A stretch of 38,591 nucleotides of DNA from Patescibacteria group bacterium (lineage in GTDB: Bacteria; Patescibacteriota; Minisyncoccia; GWA2-38-13b), in the NCBI GenBank assembly GCA_038065195.1, contig JBBTRL010000057.1, positions 1 through 38,591 on the forward strand, read 5' to 3'. The notes below the pieces were generated by a model. The model was not told the origin of the DNA. It saw only the letters and a program-made list of their open reading frames with translations, and did not search any database. Each line of letters opens with the position of its first letter. Position 1 is the first letter of the stretch. Positions 24,752 through 30,187 of this stretch are shown in pieces. Position numbers and translations under genes: made by a program.

Positions 24752-25465
24752 TTAAATGGAATTTATTATACTGATGGCTTTTTGAAAAGAAATGCCGAAG
24801 ATGTCGGCGCCGGCTTCACGGCCGCGCTTCAATTGCTCCAAATTTTCCAAGCCGCCGGACATTTTTATTTTTAAATCGTAATTATTTTTTCTTATGATAT
24901 CCGCCAATATTTCAATATGACGGATTTTTTCTTCAAAATCAATATTATGATTAAAACCGGTGGAGGTCTTAATGAAACTGATATTCGTTTCGTTCGCGAT
25001 TTCCACGGCTTTTGAAAAATCATTTTCTTGAAGAATTCCCGTTTCAAGAATTAATTTTGTTTTTTTCGGGAAAAATTGGCTCACGGCTAAAATTTCTTTT
25101 TTGACTTTTTCGTAATCGCCTTTATTTAACGCTTCCGCGTTTAAAACTGTATCAATTTCGTCTAATCCCAATTTTTTCGCGATTTTCGCTTCGCGTTTGA
25201 TTAAATCAACGCCGTTCTTACCGTCCGGAAAATTAATAACGCCAATAAGCAAAATCCCATTTTTTTTTAAATCCGAAATTTTTTTCGCCATAACAGAGGA
25301 TGAATTACATAAATCAAAAACATCAAGCCATGAACATATTCCGCGACATCCATATTGATTAGCCGTTTCAAGAAAATTTAAAATGGCGGAAATATCATTT
25401 TTGTCTTTTAAGTAAGTAAAATCAATCAATTTCGCCAGATTTTGTTTATTGACAATATTATTCAT
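24752..25465 (-). CDS. deoC: Deoxyribose-phosphate aldolase
   Basis: LIDFTYLK near the N-terminus, IKTSTGF (Schiff-base Lys context) and a size of 237 aa. Confidence 0.8.
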   Translation of the reverse strand: MNNIVNKQNLAKLIDFTYLKDKNDISAILNFLETANQYGCRGICSWLDVFDLCNSSSVMAKKISDLKKNGILLIGVINFPDGKNGVDLIKREAKIAKKLGLDEIDTVLNAEALNKGDYEKVKKEILAVSQFFPKKTKLILETGILQENDFSKAVEIANETNISFIKTSTGFNHNIDFEEKIRHIEILADIIRKNNYDLKIKMSGGLENLEQLKRGREAGADIFGISFQKAISIINSI

Positions 25466-25471
25466 ATTTTA

Positions 25472-25480
25472 ATCATACCA
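25472..25480 (-). promoter_or_regulatory. Extended -10 TGGTATGAT placed 6 nt before the deoC ATG (leaderless candidate)
   Basis: The minus strand reads TGGTATGAT-TAAAAT-ATG(25465). There is no SD. Confidence 0.45.
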
Positions 25481-25522
25481 TTAAGTAGTATTGTTATAAA
25501 CTGTTGATTGTTGCGTTTTTTA

Positions 25523-25531
25523 TGGTATTAT
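25523..25531 (+). promoter_or_regulatory. Extended -10 TGGTATTAT for the membrane-protein gene
   Basis: TTATGGTATTAT is followed by a degenerate leader motif TTGTTATTTAAAAAT and the SD AGGGGG. Confidence 0.35.
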
Positions 25532-25586
25532 TTTATCCACTGATTGTTATTTAAAAATATTATTTGATTTTCAGAAAGGGGGCAAT

Positions 25587-26198
25587 ATGAATTTCCCGTT
25601 TTACGGCCATTCGGAATCATTTTTTTGGTTTAATATCGGTTTAGCGTGTTTTGGCGTGTTTTGGGCGTTGGTTTTGAATTTTTGGTTAAGCCGGCGAAAA
25701 CAAAATTGTGTTTGGGATTGGGTTTGTCTTTTGTGGTTTGCGTTTTGGCTCCCGCATTCTTCATATTTGGCGCTGGAGTTGCCGAAACATCTTATTAGAA
25801 TTGATAGCGTCTTGGAACCATTAACTTCTGCGGGTTTTTTGACTTATTTGGGGATTTCTTTTTTGAGCGCAGCAATTTGCGTCGCGCAGATAAGTATTGC
25901 GCTAAACAGTTGGGCGTTATATAGAAAAAAGGGGATTATTCTTGCTTTTTTATTAGTGATGATCGCGGCGTCTTTTGGAACTTTAATCGGTCTTTGCGGA
26001 GTGAATTTTTATTCATCGCCGAGTGATGTAGCCATAACCATTAAGAATTTAATGTTATTAAAAATAACACGCGATCCTTTCAATTGCGGCCATAAATGGC
26101 CGCGGACAATTGGTATTATACTATTTTTAGGCTGGTCAACGCTTTATTTTTTATTCAATCGTTTTATTTGGAGAGGCGGCGAAGAGGAAAATAAGTAG
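25587..26198 (+). CDS. Integral membrane protein (DUF1361-like)
   Basis: There are 5-6 hydrophobic segments. The FWLPHSSYLALELPKHL block resembles the DUF1361 signature. SD is AGGGGG. Confidence 0.5.
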   Translation: MNFPFYGHSESFFWFNIGLACFGVFWALVLNFWLSRRKQNCVWDWVCLLWFAFWLPHSSYLALELPKHLIRIDSVLEPLTSAGFLTYLGISFLSAAICVAQISIALNSWALYRKKGIILAFLLVMIAASFGTLIGLCGVNFYSSPSDVAITIKNLMLLKITRDPFNCGHKWPRTIGIILFLGWSTLYFLFNRFIWRGGEEENK

Positions 26199-26223
26199 AA
26201 AGCAAATTTCAGATTTTAATTTT

Positions 26224-26253
26224 TCCCGAACCAATTTTGGTTCGGGATTTTTT
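26224..26253 (+). terminator. Intrinsic terminator
   Basis: tcccgaacca-attt-tggttcggga is followed by a T-run. Confidence 0.8.
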
Positions 26254-26255
26254 AC

Positions 26256-26304
26256 TTGATTTTTAGTGGAAAGTATTGTATTCTATTAAAACGGTTTTTT
26301 GAAA
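26256..26304 (+). promoter_or_regulatory. Promoter and leader of the ADP-forming synthetase gene
   Basis: TTGATT (26256-26261), a 17-nt spacer and TATTCT (26279-26284) are followed by GGTTTTTTGAAA-TTTGAAAAT (26293-26313). Confidence 0.4.
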
Positions 26305-26335
26305 TTTGAAAATTTATCGTAAGGAGAAAAATATC

Positions 26336-28474
26336 ATGAGAAACGGTTTGTATGAAATGTTTTTTCCGAAATCTATCGTCGTAATAGGCGCGACCAGCGA
26401 TATGAAAAAACATGGAGGCGCTATGTTAGCGCGCGCTATAGAATTCGGATATAAAGGGAATATTTATCTCGTCAATCCGAAACAGGATACGATTTTTAAT
26501 CTAAAATGCTATAAAAGTGTTTTGGATTTTCCGGAAACGCCGGATGTCGCGTTTGTTGTCATTCCAGCCGTCGCGGTATTAAAAACCATTGAAGAGTGCG
26601 GTCAAAAAGGCATAAAAAATATTGTTATGATTTCCGCCGGATTTAAAGAAGTCGGTGGCGAAGGGATTGAACGGGAAAAAAAACTTTTGGAAATAATAAA
26701 AAAATACGAGATGAATCTCGTGGGTCCCAATTGCCCCGGTTTTATTAGTCCCTTTATGGATTTGCACTTTATGATGTCCGTGGCAAATGTGCAAAAAGGG
26801 GGCGTGGTTATTTTAAGTCAAAGTGGCGGAATTACAGCCGCGATGGTTGATTTTGCCAAGGATCTTGGAATAGGATGCAGTCTTATATGCGGAATTGGCA
26901 ATAAAGCGGATGTTAACGAAGTTGATATTATGGAAATGATGATGAATAACGAGGAGTTTCTAAAGGGGATTAAAGTTGTCGCTTTATATCAGGAAAGTAT
27001 CGTTGATGCCGACAGATTATTAAAAGTTGCTCGGCGGTTTGCGGAAAAAAATATTCCTATTTTATCTTTGAAGTCCGGCAGAGGCGATTTTGGGAGAAAG
27101 GCCGCGTTGTCTCATACCGGAGCTATGGCTAGTTCTGATGCGGCGGTTGACGCTTTATTTAAAAAAGCGGGAATTATAAGAGTTGATGGTATAAATGAGT
27201 TATTGACTCTTGCGGCTTCTTTTGAAAAGATTTCCATTCCTTTGGGAAATAGAGTAGCCATTGTAACGAATTCCGGAGGACCGGCGGTCGTCGCGGCGGA
27301 TTATTTTGAAAAATATGGGCTGACTTTAGCTCAATTATCCGACGAAACAAAAGAAAAATTGCATCAGATTCTTAATAAGTTCAGCGCATGGTGCGCTGTT
27401 GATAATCCGGTTGATATAATCGGCGGAGGATCGGGACAGATGTTTCAGGAGGTTGTTGAACTGCTTTTTAACGCCGATGATAATGACATTGTTTTGGTGA
27501 CAATGCCGAAGCCGTCTTTTGAAGGGGTTTTGCAAGATATCGCTCATTCGTTAGTTATTACGCGTCGCGTAAATCCGGATAAACCGATGTTTGTCGTTAC
27601 TATGACAGATGTTGACCATGATTTGCGTGAACGATACAGTAGGGCGGGATTGCCGATATTTTTATACCCCGAAGAAGTAGTAAAAATAATAGGAAAAATG
27701 TGTGAATATGGCGGTGGGTTGAAAAATGCAACATTTGACTCGTATGAATTTTCAGGAATACACAGAGAAGAAGCGGAGAAAATTATTCAAGGATGCAAAA
27801 GCGAATTTTTATCTCAAGAAGACGCGCGGAAAGTGCTTGAGGCATACGGGTTCAAGTTTCCGAAAACCGTATTGGCGATTAATAAAAATGAAGCTGAGAA
27901 TTATTTTGCGGATTTTGAAGGGAGTGGAATACGCGAAGTATATTTAAAAATTGATTCTCCCGATATTCTTCATAAAAGCGATGCGGGATGCGTAAAGAAA
28001 GCGGCTATGCTTTCCAAGGATATTGAACCAATCAATGTCTTTGACGAAGTTATAAAAAACGCTAAAAAATATAATCCGGATGCTCAAATTAAGGGCGTGT
28101 TGATTCAGGAATTCATAAGTGACGGAAAAGAAATTTTAATCGGCGTAAAATACGAGAAAGGCATTGGGCATCTTATCGCTTTTGGCGAGGGCGGAATTTA
28201 TACGGAAGCAAGAAGAGATATTAATTTTGCATTAGCGCCATTATCAGTGGAAGAGGCGAACGGTCTCGTAGAATCCGTGAAATTTTATAAGATTTTGAAA
28301 GGCGTCCGCGGGGAAAAGCCGGTTGATTTTAATATGTTGCGGGACGCGTTGTTGCGAATTTCACAACTCGTTTCCGACTTTCCTCAAATAGCGGAAATTG
28401 ATATTAATCCAATAAAAGCGTTCACGGATAAAATTATAGCCGTGGATGCGAGAATTAAAATTAAAGGAGGATAG
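26336..28474 (+). CDS. ADP-forming acetyl/acyl-CoA synthetase (NDP-forming, fused alpha-beta)
   Basis: N-terminal CoA-binding SIVVIGATSD...VNPK, GPNCPGF, LSHTGAMASSD (phospho-His context) and a C-terminal ATP-grasp domain. The start is set at ATG 26336 after AAGGAG. Confidence 0.85.
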   Translation: MRNGLYEMFFPKSIVVIGATSDMKKHGGAMLARAIEFGYKGNIYLVNPKQDTIFNLKCYKSVLDFPETPDVAFVVIPAVAVLKTIEECGQKGIKNIVMISAGFKEVGGEGIEREKKLLEIIKKYEMNLVGPNCPGFISPFMDLHFMMSVANVQKGGVVILSQSGGITAAMVDFAKDLGIGCSLICGIGNKADVNEVDIMEMMMNNEEFLKGIKVVALYQESIVDADRLLKVARRFAEKNIPILSLKSGRGDFGRKAALSHTGAMASSDAAVDALFKKAGIIRVDGINELLTLAASFEKISIPLGNRVAIVTNSGGPAVVAADYFEKYGLTLAQLSDETKEKLHQILNKFSAWCAVDNPVDIIGGGSGQMFQEVVELLFNADDNDIVLVTMPKPSFEGVLQDIAHSLVITRRVNPDKPMFVVTMTDVDHDLRERYSRAGLPIFLYPEEVVKIIGKMCEYGGGLKNATFDSYEFSGIHREEAEKIIQGCKSEFLSQEDARKVLEAYGFKFPKTVLAINKNEAENYFADFEGSGIREVYLKIDSPDILHKSDAGCVKKAAMLSKDIEPINVFDEVIKNAKKYNPDAQIKGVLIQEFISDGKEILIGVKYEKGIGHLIAFGEGGIYTEARRDINFALAPLSVEEANGLVESVKFYKILKGVRGEKPVDFNMLRDALLRISQLVSDFPQIAEIDINPIKAFTDKIIAVDARIKIKGG

Positions 28475-28477
28475 CGG

Positions 28478-28618
28478 GTGCGTAAAATTTATAAGAATAA
28501 AAAAAAGTCTTGCGCTTTGTGCAAGCCTCATAAAATGGGGTGGGCAAAGCGTTGGAAGTTCAGGGAGCTGGAGTCAATAAAAGAATTTGAAAAAATAAAG
28601 AAAGATTTAGTGCGTTAA
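28478..28618 (+). CDS. Small basic Cys-containing protein (46 aa), absent from the ORF track
   Basis: GTG start 7 nt after AAAGGAGG. The translation is VRKIYKNKKKSCALCKPHKMGWAKRWKFRELESIKEFEKIKKDLVR. A terminator follows. Confidence 0.45.
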   Translation: MRKIYKNKKKSCALCKPHKMGWAKRWKFRELESIKEFEKIKKDLVR

Positions 28619-28627
28619 AAAAAAACA

Positions 28628-28655
28628 AGCCATCGGGTAATTTCGGTGGCTTTTT
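28628..28655. terminator. Bidirectional terminator
   Basis: agccatcg-ggtaattt-cggtggct sits between an A-run and a T-run. Confidence 0.65.
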
Positions 28656-29655
28656 ATGTTAATATTTTGCCGATTATTTCCGGATAACCGTTTAGAAAAT
28701 CTTTTCCCGTCATTATTTTTTTTCCTTCCGGTTGAATTTCTTTGATTATAATATGGTCGTTTAGCGTTGCAATAGCCATTAAACTCGACAGGGTTTTAAA
28801 AACGGTTCCTTCTTTTTTATTAGGCATTATATCAATCATATCCGAAGATGTAATGTAGGGCAGCTCGGTTTTTATGATTTTAAGGCGCGTTGTGGTTTCC
28901 GTTTCGTGGTTATGCCAAAAACAAAATGTTCCGGGCCACGGGTTCAAGGCGCGTACTTGGCGATCTATTTCGTCGGAAGTTTTGTTCCAGTATATTTTTC
29001 CATTTTCTTTTATAAATATTTTTGTAAAGCTCGCTTCGTTGTGATTTTGCTCGCGCGGAGTTATTTTCTCCGCAAGCCAATCTGGCAAGGTTTTTATAAG
29101 AAGATCGGCGCTTTTTTCGGCCAAGTATTCCAATAATTCTTGGCAAATAATCGTTTCGTAATTTTTAATTTTAAGTTTTATGTTTTTAATTATCGGCCCG
29201 TGATCCATTTCTTTGTCCATTAGCATTATGGTTATGCCGGTTTCTTTGTCGCCATTCAAAATAGCCGTTTGGATAGGGGAGGAGCCGCGATATTTCGGTA
29301 ATAAAGACGGATGGATGTTGATGGTTTTGTGTTTCGGTATTTCAATAATTTCTTCCGGAATAATTTTTCCGTAAGAGCAGACGATATTCAGTTCCGGCGA
29401 CATTTCTTTTAAGATTTTAATAAATTCCGCATCTTTCACTCTTTCTGGCTGGAGTATTTTTAGTCCATATTTTAAAGCCATTTCTTTGATTGGAGAAGTA
29501 TTTTTTTCGTATCCTCGGCCGGCTTCGCGATCCGGTTGAGTGACAACGGCGATAATTTCGTATTGATTTTTAATTAGCGTTTTCAAAACGGGAACGGCGA
29601 AATCGGAAGTGCCGAAAAATATTATTTTATTTTTTGTTGATTTTTGGACGGTCAT
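28654..29655 (-). CDS. fmt: Methionyl-tRNA formyltransferase
   Basis: IIFFGTSDFAVPVL and HPSLLPKYRGSSPIQ are present, and the gene sits in the def-fmt synteny. Confidence 0.9.
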   Translation of the reverse strand: MTVQKSTKNKIIFFGTSDFAVPVLKTLIKNQYEIIAVVTQPDREAGRGYEKNTSPIKEMALKYGLKILQPERVKDAEFIKILKEMSPELNIVCSYGKIIPEEIIEIPKHKTINIHPSLLPKYRGSSPIQTAILNGDKETGITIMLMDKEMDHGPIIKNIKLKIKNYETIICQELLEYLAEKSADLLIKTLPDWLAEKITPREQNHNEASFTKIFIKENGKIYWNKTSDEIDRQVRALNPWPGTFCFWHNHETETTTRLKIIKTELPYITSSDMIDIMPNKKEGTVFKTLSSLMAIATLNDHIIIKEIQPEGKKIMTGKDFLNGYPEIIGKILT

Positions 29656-29657
29656 TG

Positions 29658-30119
29658 TTATTTTATTTTGTCTATAATTAAGATACCGTTTAAATGGTCC
29701 ATTTCATGCTGGATGATTCTTGCTAAAAAGTCCGATGCTTCAAAGGTTTTTTCTTGTCCGTTTTCGTCAAGGTATTTTAGGGTTAGATTTTCAAATCTTT
29801 TTACATTGGCGGCAAAACCCGGTAAACTTAAACACCACTCTTCTTTAATTATTTGTTTTCCGGCGGTTTTAATGATTTCCGGATTGATAAAAACATTGAT
29901 ATAATATTCTTTTTCTATCGGCATAGTTACGACAAAAAGCCGCAGAGATTTTCCGACTTGATTGGCGGCAAGACCGATTCCTTCTTTAGTGGAAGTTTTT
30001 ATCATTTCTTGAATCAGTTCTTTTATCTCGGGAGTTATTTTTTTGATGTTTTCGCATTTTTTGCGTAGAATCGGATTTTCAGCGCCAGTTTCTATTTTTA
30101 ATATTTTTTTTTCGTTCAT
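29658..30119 (-). CDS. def: Peptide deformylase
   Basis: GIGLAANQVG, EWCLSLPG (EGCLS variant) and HEMDHLNG (HExxH) are present. Confidence 0.9.
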   Translation of the reverse strand: MNEKKILKIETGAENPILRKKCENIKKITPEIKELIQEMIKTSTKEGIGLAANQVGKSLRLFVVTMPIEKEYYINVFINPEIIKTAGKQIIKEEWCLSLPGFAANVKRFENLTLKYLDENGQEKTFEASDFLARIIQHEMDHLNGILIIDKIK

Positions 30120-30187
30120 TGATTTATTGATTATATTAGTAATCTTAACGGTAAATTAATATTTAGTAAATGAAAACGAGAAGAATT

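Noticed and set aside
459-28474. Calling the metabolic cluster a mobile genomic island
   Set aside because: I could find no integrase, transposase, tRNA attachment site or flanking direct repeats. I could not compute composition statistics. The island idea is therefore kept only as an untested inference in the findings.
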